NCBI GenBank assembly: GCA_963752285.1
Contig: CAVVXN010000005.1
Location: forward strand, 1,501,742-1,565,741
Direction: 5' to 3'
Source of the DNA: an uncultured Planctomycetota bacterium
GTDB taxonomy: Bacteria > Planctomycetota > PLA2 > JAEUHO01
DNA: 64,000 nt
In this document: positions 1 through 7,128 of the stretch, piece after piece
Numbering within the stretch: the stretch's first letter is position 1
Layout of the letters: each line of letters begins with the position of its first letter
The notes under the pieces: generated by a model
Database searches by the model: none
Told to the model about the DNA's origin: nothing
What the model saw: the letters and a program-made list of their open reading frames with translations, nothing else
Position numbers and translations under genes: made by a program

Positions 1-455
1 GCCAGGTTCGCTGACCCCATTCCGAACGCGTCCCGTCCGCGAGAGCACGTTGGAGGGCCGGCGGGGAGGCCCGACCGCATCCACGGGGGAGTGGCTGTCG
101 AAGGCATCGCACCACGTGCTCGGCGTCGTCATGGACCTCGCCGGGCGCGGTCGGGTTCGGCACCACGTCGCGGAAGACGGTCGCGCGGAACGGATGGCTC
201 TCCGAGCCGAGGTCGAAGGGGGAGAGCACGCAGGCGCGCTCTTTCTCGCGCAACCGAGGGAGACCCACGGAGTCGCGGATCGTCTCTCGGAACGCCGGGG
301 GGGGGCGGCGTCGCCCTGCACCTTCGGATCGCTCTGCCGAGGAGCCAGGCGCCGTAAGAGGCCGAGCCCGCGCCGAAGGTCCGGCGGTCTTGACCGGTCG
401 GTCGGGACGGGGGGCAAGTGCCGCGGGCGGCTTCCCGCGGCCCGCGGCGTGTCAC
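1..455 (-). CDS. Unresolved coding region at the left edge (partial and/or frameshifted hypothetical gene)
   Basis: The minus frame with codon first bases at 292, 289, ... is open to position 1. It shows strong G/C third-position bias (AFRETIRDSVGLPRLREKERACVLSPFDLGSESHPFRATVFRDVVPNP...). That frame has no start codon between the VOC stop (452) and GTG 268. GTG 455 (GTGA overlap with the VOC stop) opens another frame that stops at 129. The two frames meet at a G9 run (297-305). Confidence 0.25.
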
Positions 456-865
456 GCCCCCGGCGCGACGGCGAGGCGGGTCGCGAACATCCAGAACTGA
501 CCCTCGGGGTCCGTCGCGCAGTACATGCGGTCGCCCCAGGGCTGGTCGGCCGGCTCGAGGAGGACGATCGCGCCGCCCTCGCGCGCCCGCTCGCAGTGCG
601 CGTCCACGTCGTCCACGAAGACGTAGACCCCGGCGTGGAGCTTGGGGAGGGAGGAGGCCTTCGCGACGCGGTTCAGCCCGCCCTCGCCTGCGTGGCCGAG
701 CATGAGGAGGGCCGAGCCGTGCAGGAGCTGCGCGTGCTCGATCCCCCCGCCGGGCGCGGGGGCGGTGAAGGCGACGGAGAAGCCGAACGCCTTCTCGAGG
801 AAGCGGACGGCCGCTTCGACGTCGGCGTAGAAGAGGTACGGGGCGAGGCTCGGGGCGGGCGGCAT
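452..865 (-). CDS. VOC (glyoxalase/bleomycin-resistance/dioxygenase) family protein
   Basis: 137-aa ORF. The LFYADVEAAVRFLEKAFGF ... VYVFVDDVDAHCERAREGGAIVL ... PWGDRMYCATDPEGQFWMF pattern is typical of PhnB/glyoxalase-like VOC proteins. Confidence 0.8.
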   Translation of the reverse strand: MPPAPSLAPYLFYADVEAAVRFLEKAFGFSVAFTAPAPGGGIEHAQLLHGSALLMLGHAGEGGLNRVAKASSLPKLHAGVYVFVDDVDAHCERAREGGAIVLLEPADQPWGDRMYCATDPEGQFWMFATRLAVAPGA

Positions 866-917
866 GGCCGCCAGACTATCCCAACACCCCTCGGCGCGTC
901 CTCGGGATCCACCCGGG

Positions 918-1880
918 TCAGATCGGGACGTCCACCTGGGAGACGACGCTGGTCACGATCGCCTCCCGCTCGTCTCCCGCGCCCTCGGTCTCGAACCCGG
1001 TGCCGATGAGCCGGTGCGCCAGCACCGGCACGGCGAGGGCCTTCACGTCGTCGGGGAGGACGTAGGAACGCCCCGCGAGGAAGGCGTGCGCCTGGGAGGC
1101 GCGCGTGAGCGCCACGCTGCCCCGCGGGCTCGCCCCCACCGCGAGCTGGCGGTGGCCGCGGGTCTTCCGCACCACGGCCAGCAGGTAGTCGAGGACCGGC
1201 TCCTCGACGCGCACCGCCCGGACGGCGGTCTGCAGACGCTTCACGTCCATGACCGTGATGACCGGCTTCAGGTCCGTGAGCGGGTGTTGGAGCCGTTGGG
1301 AGAGGACGACCGCCTTCTCGTCCTCCTGAGAGGGGTACCCGATCCGCACGCGGAGCATGAAGCGGTCGAGCTGGCTCTCGGGAAGCGGGTACGTGCCCTC
1401 GAACTCGTACGGGTTCTGCGTCGCGACGACGAAGAACGGCTCGGGCAGCGGGTGCGACGACCGGTCCACCGTGACCTGCGCGTCGTTCATGGCCTCGAGG
1501 AGCGCCGACTGCGTCCGCGGCGTCGCACGGTTGATCTCGTCGGCCAGGAGGACGTTCGTGAAGATCGGACCCGGCTTGAACTCGAAGAGGCCCGTCCGCT
1601 GGTCGTAGACCGAGACCCCGAGGATGTCGCTCGGGAGCAGGTCGGGCGTGAACTGGACCCGACGGAAGTCGCCGTCGAGCGAGCGGGCCACGCTCTTCGC
1701 GAGAACCGTCTTCCCGACGCCCGGCACGTCTTCGAGCAGGACGTGGCCGCCGGCGAGGAGTCCGGTCAGGACGGCGCGCACCACGTCGGGCTTCCCGAGG
1801 AACACGCGTCCGACGTTCTTCTGCAGCGCGGTGACGAGGGGGATCAGGTCGCTCGTGCTCGGCGCGGTGGCCTCGGTCAT
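918..1880 (-). CDS. MoxR-family AAA+ ATPase
   Basis: Internal ATG of long ORF 918..3413 (in frame), with ATGA overlap to the yebC stop. Walker A is LLEDVPGVGKT. ADEINRATPRTQSALLEAMNDAQVTVD and VVATQNPYEFEGTYPLPESQLDRF are MoxR hallmarks. 320 aa. Confidence 0.9.
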   Translation of the reverse strand: MTEATAPSTSDLIPLVTALQKNVGRVFLGKPDVVRAVLTGLLAGGHVLLEDVPGVGKTVLAKSVARSLDGDFRRVQFTPDLLPSDILGVSVYDQRTGLFEFKPGPIFTNVLLADEINRATPRTQSALLEAMNDAQVTVDRSSHPLPEPFFVVATQNPYEFEGTYPLPESQLDRFMLRVRIGYPSQEDEKAVVLSQRLQHPLTDLKPVITVMDVKRLQTAVRAVRVEEPVLDYLLAVVRKTRGHRQLAVGASPRGSVALTRASQAHAFLAGRSYVLPDDVKALAVPVLAHRLIGTGFETEGAGDEREAIVTSVVSQVDVPI

Positions 1881-2656
1881 CGATCCCCCTCCTCCTTCGC
1901 GAGCCGCGCGGCGACCTCCTCGCTCACGTCGAGGTTCGTGGTCACCGACTGCACGTCGTCGTTCTCCTCGAGGAGCGCCTGGAGGCGCATCACGCTCCGC
2001 GCGGTGTCCTCGTCGGCCTCCACGAGCGATCGCGGGCTCATCTCGAGCTCGGCGCTCGAGGTCTCGATGCCGGCGTCCCCGAGCGCCTGCTTCACGGCCT
2101 CGAGATCGGCAACTCCGCAGGTCACGACGAAGCGTCCGCCTTCGTCGCCGAGGTCCTGGTGGACGACGTCCTCGGCGCCGGCGTCGATCACGACCTCGAG
2201 GATCCGTTCCTCGGTGACCTGCTCGTCGGCGATCTCGACGCGCCCGCGGCGCTCGAACATCCACGACACGGAGCCGCTCGCGCCGATCCGCCCCCCGTTG
2301 CGGTCGAGGGTCGCGCGGATCTCGGGCGCCGTCCGGTTCCGGTTGTCGGTGAGCGCCTCGATCAGGAGCGCGACCCCGCCGGGCCCGTAGGCCTCGTACG
2401 TGACGTCGGCAAACTGGTCCTCGCCCCCCGCGCCCGACGTCTTGTCGATCAGCCGCTGGATCGTGTCCTTCGGCATGTTCGCCGCCCGAGCCTTCTCGAC
2501 GGCGTACTGCAGCTTCAAGTTGTCGCGCAAAGTCGGCCCAGCCTGCTTCACGGCAGCCTGGATCAACCGCGAGAGCTTGTTGAATTGCTTCCCGCGCTTG
2601 ACGTCCACGCGCGCCTTCGCCCGCATGATGTTCGCGAAGTGGCTGTGGCCGGCCAT
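1877..2656 (-). CDS. yebC: YebC/PmpR family transcriptional regulator
   Basis: 259 aa, MAGHSHFANIMRAKARVDVKRGKQFNKLSR...NRNRTAPEIR... The full-length match to the YebC/TACO1 family is recognisable by eye. Confidence 0.9.
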   Translation of the reverse strand: MAGHSHFANIMRAKARVDVKRGKQFNKLSRLIQAAVKQAGPTLRDNLKLQYAVEKARAANMPKDTIQRLIDKTSGAGGEDQFADVTYEAYGPGGVALLIEALTDNRNRTAPEIRATLDRNGGRIGASGSVSWMFERRGRVEIADEQVTEERILEVVIDAGAEDVVHQDLGDEGGRFVVTCGVADLEAVKQALGDAGIETSSAELEMSPRSLVEADEDTARSVMRLQALLEENDDVQSVTTNLDVSEEVAARLAKEEGDR

Positions 2657-2696
2657 GACCCATCATGATACCGCCGGCCCCCTTCCCCACCGCCCC

Positions 2697-3330
2697 CCCG
2701 CGACGCGGCGCCGCCCAAGGCGGCCCCGCAAGCGCACGCCCCCCCGCGCGATGCGGCGCCGCCAAAGGCGGCCCCGCGAGCCCACGCCCCCTCCGCGCGA
2801 TGCGGCGCCGCCAAAGGCGGCCCCGCGAGCCCCCCATCGCCACACGCGACGCGGCGAGGCCGAAGGCCGACGCCGCAAGCGCACGCCCCCTCCGCGCGAC
2901 GCGGCGCCGCCAAAGGCGGCCCCGCGAGCCCCCCATCGCCACACGCGACGCGGCGAGGCCGAAGGCCGACGCCGCAAGCGCACGCCCCCTCCGCGCGACG
3001 CGGCGCCGCCCAAGGCGGCCCCGCGAGCCCCCCATCGCCACACGCGACGCGGCGAGGCCGAAGGCCGACGCCGCAAGCGCACGCCCCCTCCGCGCGACGC
3101 GGCGCCGCCCAAGGCGGCCCCGCGAGCCCCCCATCGCCACACGCGACGCGGCGAGGCCGAAGGCCGACGCCGCAAGCGCACGCCCCCTCCGCGCGACGCG
3201 GCGCCGCCAAAGGCGGCCCCGCGAGCCCCCCATCGCCGCACGCGACGCGGCGAGGCCGAAGGCCGACGCCGCAAGCGCACGCCCCCTCCGCGCGACGCGG
3301 CGCCGCCCAAGGCGGCCCCGCGAGCCCCCC
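2697..3330 (-). repeat. Tandem array: two ~49-nt units, then five full 99-nt units plus a partial sixth (99 nt = two diverged 50+49-nt hairpin subunits)
   Basis: The motif gcgcgacgcggcgccgcc recurs at 2894, 2993, 3092, 3191 and 3290 (period 99). Shorter 49-nt units start near 2697, 2745 and 2795. Each subunit has an inverted repeat (gcggcgccgcc-aaa-ggcggccccgc; gcggcgaggcc-gaa-ggccgacgccgc). Confidence 0.9.
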
Positions 3331-3351
3331 CGCCCAACCGCCCGCACGCGA

Positions 3352-3453
3352 CCGGCGCGCTGAGAGGCCAAAGGAGTGGCCATGACGACGACGCCGCGTG
3401 CGAATGCACGCAAGGAGGAGGAAGGGCCGCGAACTGGCCTCTCAGCGCGCCGG
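3352..3453 (-). repeat. Palindromic ~100-nt module, copy 1 (18-bp terminal stem plus internal gcgtgc-gaat-gcacgc hairpin)
   Basis: 3352-3369 is the exact reverse complement of 3436-3453. The 92-nt core 3357-3448 is the reverse complement of 20366-20457, except for one compensated base pair. The module ends 2 nt from the rpsI stop codon. Confidence 0.85.
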
Positions 3454-3455
3454 GC

Positions 3456-3854
3456 CTAGCGCTTGGAGAATTGGAAGCGGGCCCTGGCACCACGCTGGCC
3501 GTACTTCTTCCGCTCCTTGGCCCGCGCGTCGCGGGTCAGGTAGCCGGCGCTCCGCAGCGAACCCTCGAACGTCGGGTTCGCGCTCGCGAGCGCGCGGGCG
3601 AGGCCGTGCCGGACCGCGTCCGCCTGGCCCTGGACGCCGCCGCCGCGGACGGAGACGTGGACGTCGTAGCTCGAGTCCGTACCGGTGAGCCGGAGGGGCT
3701 GACGGACGGCGAGGCGTGCGGCGTGCGTGGGGAAGTGCTCGCTCCAGTCGCGACGGTTCACCGTCATCTGGCCCGAGCCGGACATGATCCGGACCCGCGC
3801 GACCGCCTTCTTCCGGCGGCCCACTCCGCGCACGAACTCCGATCGCTCCACCAT
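3456..3854 (-). CDS. rpsI: 30S ribosomal protein S9
   Basis: 132 aa ending ...DARAKERKKYGQRGARARFQFSKR, with GGGVQGQADAVRHGLARAL. This is the classic S9 signature. Confidence 0.95.
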   Translation of the reverse strand: MVERSEFVRGVGRRKKAVARVRIMSGSGQMTVNRRDWSEHFPTHAARLAVRQPLRLTGTDSSYDVHVSVRGGGVQGQADAVRHGLARALASANPTFEGSLRSAGYLTRDARAKERKKYGQRGARARFQFSKR

Positions 3855-3858
3855 CGGG

Positions 3859-4323
3859 CTACTCCTGGTCGCCGGCCGGGCCGAAGGACAGCGGCTCGGG
3901 CTTCTGCGCGTGGTGCCGGTGATGCTCGTCCTTGTACACCTTGAGCTTCCTCAGCATGTGTCGGCCGAGGGTCGTCTTGGGGAGCATCCTGCGGACGGCC
4001 AGACGGACGATGTCCTCGGGGTGCTTCGACCGCATCTGCTCGAAGGACTCCTCGACCAGCCCGCCGGGGTAGCCGGTGTGGCGACGGTAGACCTTCTTCT
4101 CGGCCTTCCGCCCCGTCACGACGACCTGGGCGGCGTTCGTGACGACGACGAAGTCGCCCGTGTCGGCGTGCGGTGTGTACGAGGGCTTGTGCTTGCCCAT
4201 GAGCACGCGCGCGATGCCGGCCGCCATGCGGCCCAGGCGTTCACGGGAGGCGTCCACGACGAACCACGTCGCGTGGGCGCGGTCGGTCGAGGCGAGCGTC
4301 GTTCGGTTCATGGCGTCTTGCAT
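3859..4323 (-). CDS. rplM: 50S ribosomal protein L13
   Basis: 154 aa, WFVVDASRERLGRMAAGIARVLMGKHKPSYTPHADTGDFVVVTNA...YRRHTGYPGG. L13 signature, immediately upstream of rpsI as usual. Confidence 0.95.
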   Translation of the reverse strand: MQDAMNRTTLASTDRAHATWFVVDASRERLGRMAAGIARVLMGKHKPSYTPHADTGDFVVVTNAAQVVVTGRKAEKKVYRRHTGYPGGLVEESFEQMRSKHPEDIVRLAVRRMLPKTTLGRHMLRKLKVYKDEHHRHHAQKPEPLSFGPAGDQE

Positions 4324-4347
4324 GGGAGACCCGGAGGGAAGCGCCCG

Positions 4348-4375
4348 AAGGTACGGCGAGGCGCCGGTCGGTCAA
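4348..4375 (-). promoter_or_regulatory. Candidate sigma70-type promoter for rplM-rpsI
   Basis: The minus strand reads TTGACC (4375-4370), a 16-nt spacer, then TACCTT (4353-4348). This lies about 25 nt upstream of the rplM ATG. Confidence 0.35.
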
Positions 4376-4411
4376 GCGGGGGTGGCGCGGAGAGGGCCCG
4401 AATCCGTGTCG

Positions 4412-4430
4412 CCGGGGGCCGGCCCCCCGG
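4412..4430 (-). terminator. GC hairpin after the 549-aa membrane protein gene
   Basis: ccggggg (4412-4418) pairs with cccccgg (4424-4430) around a 5-nt loop, 12 nt past the stop at 4442. There is no U-tract. Confidence 0.3.
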
Positions 4431-4441
4431 GTCCGGCCCCC

Positions 4442-6091
4442 CTAGCGGGTCCCGGCCGGCCAGGTCACCACGAAGGCCGGGGTCTCGCGCTCGCCCTCGA
4501 TTTCCACGTCCAGGGCGGGGACCCGCCCGACCCGCACGTCCTTGGGCGCGACCTCACCCCTCAGGAGCGCCAGGGCCGCGCCCCCGCGCGGGTCCTCGCG
4601 CTCGCCGGGGACCACGCCCGTGGCGAGCTGCTCCCGTACGACCCACCCGCGTTCGCCGGGTCCGAGCTCGACCCGGCCGCCGGCGTCCAGGTCCAGGCCC
4701 AGGGTGCGGACGATCCCTCCGCCGCGCCAGTGGACCTCGCCCTGCCAGCCCGCCGAGGAGGCCTCGAGGAGGACGGCCTCCACCCGGCGGCCGCCGCCGC
4801 CGCCGAGGTCCAGGAGCACGCCTGTGACGGCGAGCCCCGGGCCCGACGGCACGATCCAGAGCAGGCCGACGGACGCCGCGACCGCGGGGCCGGCGAGGAC
4901 GAGGACGCGGAACAGGCCCCGTCGCGCGAGCCGGTCGAGGATCCCGACGACGAGCGCATAGGCGAGGAGGAGGACGCCCGCCGCGCGGTGGTCCGCGGGG
5001 TGGCGCGCCCCGGCGGAGGAGAGGGCCGCCGCGGCGGCGCGCGCCGCGGACGGCCCGTCGTCGAACGCGGTCGAGAGGCGCGGTCGCCACCCGCCCTCGC
5101 CAAGGATCCCGATCGCGTCCGACGCGGACCCTGCGCGCACGACGCGACCCAGGCCGAAGTCGCGCGCGGACTCCGGGCCAACCTCGCGGGACGCGCCCGC
5201 CCGGCCGAGGAGGGCGCCGAGGCGAACCGGCATCGCCTCGGGGCCCGCGGTCGTGACGAGGAGCCCGCCGCGACGCACGAAGCTCGCCACCTCCTCGGCC
5301 CAGCGCGGGCCGTCGGGGTCGGCGTCGTCCCACGCGCCGGGCAGGAGGACGGCCGCGTCGAACGCGTCGAGCTCGAGCGAAGACGGGAACGGAGCCTCCG
5401 GCGCGGGGACGAACGTCGCCGCGAGGCCCTCCACGACCGAGGGGGCGGCCGGGCCGCCGAGGAGCAGGACCCGCGGGCGAGGACCCTCGCGCGCGCCGCG
5501 CGGCGCGGGGACCAGCCACGGACCCGGACCCGACGCGAGCGGCGAGGTCGCCACGACGACGGGCGCGCCCTGGAAGGGGCCGACGGGCGGCGTCGTGTCG
5601 GACGGGCGGGTCGGCGTGGACCGCGCGTCGCGGATCCGGACGGAGGGCGCGAGCCACCCGCCGGGCACGATCTCGCGCGCCGCGTGGCCGAGCACGAGGT
5701 TCCCCCCCAGGAGGACGAGGACCGCCACGGCGAGACGCCGCGCCCACGCGCGCGGCAGCGCGGCGACGCTCGTCGCGAGCGCGAGGAGGACCCACCAGCC
5801 GGCGCCGGGGAGAGCGAGGACGTCTCGGGGCGATGGCGTGCCGGCGAGGCCGAACACGACGAACGGGGCCACGGCGACGACGAGCGCCAAGACGCGCCGC
5901 GGCCCCGCCGCATCCGGGCCCGAGAGCCAGGGCACGACGGCGAGCGCGAAGAGGGCGGTCAGGACCAGCACGAAGACGAGGAGCCCGTGCGGCCCCGACG
6001 GGAGCAGCCCGATCGGCACGAGTCCCGTGGCGGAGAGCACGGGGGCCGCGAGGAGGACCAAGAGGACGGGCAGGGCGAGGTCGCGGCTCAC
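4442..6091 (-). CDS. Uncharacterised polytopic membrane protein (549 aa), translationally coupled to ftsQ
   Basis: In-frame GTG at 6091 overlaps the ftsQ stop (GTGA). About 5 hydrophobic N-terminal segments (LALPVLLVLLAAPVL, GLLVFVLVLTALFALAVV, VLALVVAVAPFVVFGLAG, WWVLLALATSVAAL, LAVAVLVLLGGNLVL). Next a soluble middle region (LDAFDAAVLLPGAWDDADPDGPRWAEEVASFVRRGGLLVTTAG). Then 2 more hydrophobic segments and a Gly/Val-rich C-terminal domain. I do not recognise the family. Confidence 0.6.
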   Translation of the reverse strand: MSRDLALPVLLVLLAAPVLSATGLVPIGLLPSGPHGLLVFVLVLTALFALAVVPWLSGPDAAGPRRVLALVVAVAPFVVFGLAGTPSPRDVLALPGAGWWVLLALATSVAALPRAWARRLAVAVLVLLGGNLVLGHAAREIVPGGWLAPSVRIRDARSTPTRPSDTTPPVGPFQGAPVVVATSPLASGPGPWLVPAPRGAREGPRPRVLLLGGPAAPSVVEGLAATFVPAPEAPFPSSLELDAFDAAVLLPGAWDDADPDGPRWAEEVASFVRRGGLLVTTAGPEAMPVRLGALLGRAGASREVGPESARDFGLGRVVRAGSASDAIGILGEGGWRPRLSTAFDDGPSAARAAAAALSSAGARHPADHRAAGVLLLAYALVVGILDRLARRGLFRVLVLAGPAVAASVGLLWIVPSGPGLAVTGVLLDLGGGGGRRVEAVLLEASSAGWQGEVHWRGGGIVRTLGLDLDAGGRVELGPGERGWVVREQLATGVVPGEREDPRGGAALALLRGEVAPKDVRVGRVPALDVEIEGERETPAFVVTWPAGTR

Positions 6092-7062
6092 CGGGGGACG
6101 GGACTCTCGCGCGCCTCCTCGGGGAGCCGATACCGCACGTCGATCGCGCTGCGCGAGGACGCCGCGCGGCGGGAGAGGAGGACGCCCAGTCGCCACCGCT
6201 TCGTCGCGTAGTCGTCCTCGCCCGCCACGGCCTCGATGGCGCGCTCGGTTCGGCCCCACTCGATCGGCGTCCCGTCGTCGAGGATCAGACGCACCTCGCC
6301 CTTGCGCCGCCGCTCGGGCGCCGCGGGAAACGAGCCGACGTCGATCGTCTCGACGCGGAGGCGGCCCGAGAGGTCGCGGTAGAGCGCGGCGCCGACGCGC
6401 GCGGCGGCGAGCCCCTCGAGGATCTGCTCGTCGCGGTCCTCCCACGCCTGGCCGGCGTAGCGCGGCGGCGCCGCACGGACACCGACCACCTTCGGCAGCG
6501 GGATCCGGAGGCGGCGGAGCCAGTACGCGTAGACGCGTTCGTCGAGGCGTCGCGCGTCCGACGAGACGAGGACCCAGCCGATCCTCGGCGCGGACACCCT
6601 GAACCACGCCGCGGGACGACGGGGGACGATCTGGACACGCGCCTCGTCGGGGTAGCGGATCACGACCGAGGTGACGGACTGCACCATGGGGTGCCGCGCC
6701 ACGGCCTCGCGCACGTGGGCTTCGGCCGCCGGGTCGAAGACCGACGCCGCCGGGAACGAGAGCGAGCGCGGGTCGTTCAGCGACCGCCACACGAGCGGGC
6801 CGATCGCGGGGTCGAGGCCGACGTAGTGGACGTTCGCGGGGCCGATCCGGTAGGCGCGGATCTGGTACGCGTACGCGCGCGCGCCCCGGAGGACCAGGCC
6901 GACGGCCAGCAGCGCGACGGCGACGGTGGTCAGGCGCGCGAGCCACCGCCCGGCCGGGGACGAGAGGAGCGCCGCGAGGCGCGCGAGGTACCCGGGCGGA
7001 GGAGAGGAGCGGGCCATGACGTAGGGGCGAACGTCTCCCTTCGGCTCAGGGTTCGCCTCCAT
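6088..7062 (-). CDS. ftsQ: Cell division protein FtsQ-like (TM segment plus POTRA)
   Basis: Sits in the dcw position after murB. N-terminal TM (LTTVAVALLAVGLVL), POTRA-like MVQSVTSVVIRYPDEARVQIVPRRPAAWF, and C-terminal IDVRYRLP resembling the FtsQ VDLRY motif. The start could instead be the ATG at 7017. Confidence 0.7.
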   Translation of the reverse strand: MEANPEPKGDVRPYVMARSSPPPGYLARLAALLSSPAGRWLARLTTVAVALLAVGLVLRGARAYAYQIRAYRIGPANVHYVGLDPAIGPLVWRSLNDPRSLSFPAASVFDPAAEAHVREAVARHPMVQSVTSVVIRYPDEARVQIVPRRPAAWFRVSAPRIGWVLVSSDARRLDERVYAYWLRRLRIPLPKVVGVRAAPPRYAGQAWEDRDEQILEGLAAARVGAALYRDLSGRLRVETIDVGSFPAAPERRRKGEVRLILDDGTPIEWGRTERAIEAVAGEDDYATKRWRLGVLLSRRAASSRSAIDVRYRLPEEARESPVPR

Positions 7063-7128
7063 GATCTCGGTCGGTCGCGAGCGGGGACCGCTGAAGGGCC
7101 GGCGCGCGGGGCGCCCGGCGCCGGGCCG

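Noticed and set aside
11-27. ctgaccccattccgaac resembles the 5S rRNA loop-C region (CTGACCCCATGCCGAAC).
   Set aside because: Only this 17-mer matches. The following GAAGTGAAAC-type sequence and the 5S helices are absent, and the segment lies inside a frame with coding-type codon bias.
2697-3330. The tandem arrays at 2697-3330 and 20486-20729 as CRISPR arrays.
   Set aside because: Units abut each other with only 9-10 nt of slightly variable G-rich sequence and no unique spacers. The repeat periods are 49/99 nt, and there are no cas genes in the window.
2665-3363. The arrays as genes for repeat proteins (ORFs 2665..3363 +, 2663..3493 -, 2563..3210 -, 20475..21335 +, and others).
   Set aside because: All six frames are open across the arrays. 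The translations are Arg/Pro/Ala strings without start-site signals, and the repeat unit is better explained by its hairpin symmetry.
3382-3459. A small ORF inside the palindromic module with a perfect AAGGAG-5 nt-ATG (MTTTPRANARKEEEGPRTG...). Its twin lies on the minus strand from 20432.
   Set aside because: The two copies are identical at the DNA level, so there is no protein-level evidence. Beyond the module the two ORFs diverge completely: 25 aa at one locus, about 47 aa running antisense through ffs at the other. The only substitution is explained by stem pairing (Leu/Pro change). It is kept in mind as an alternative reading of the module.
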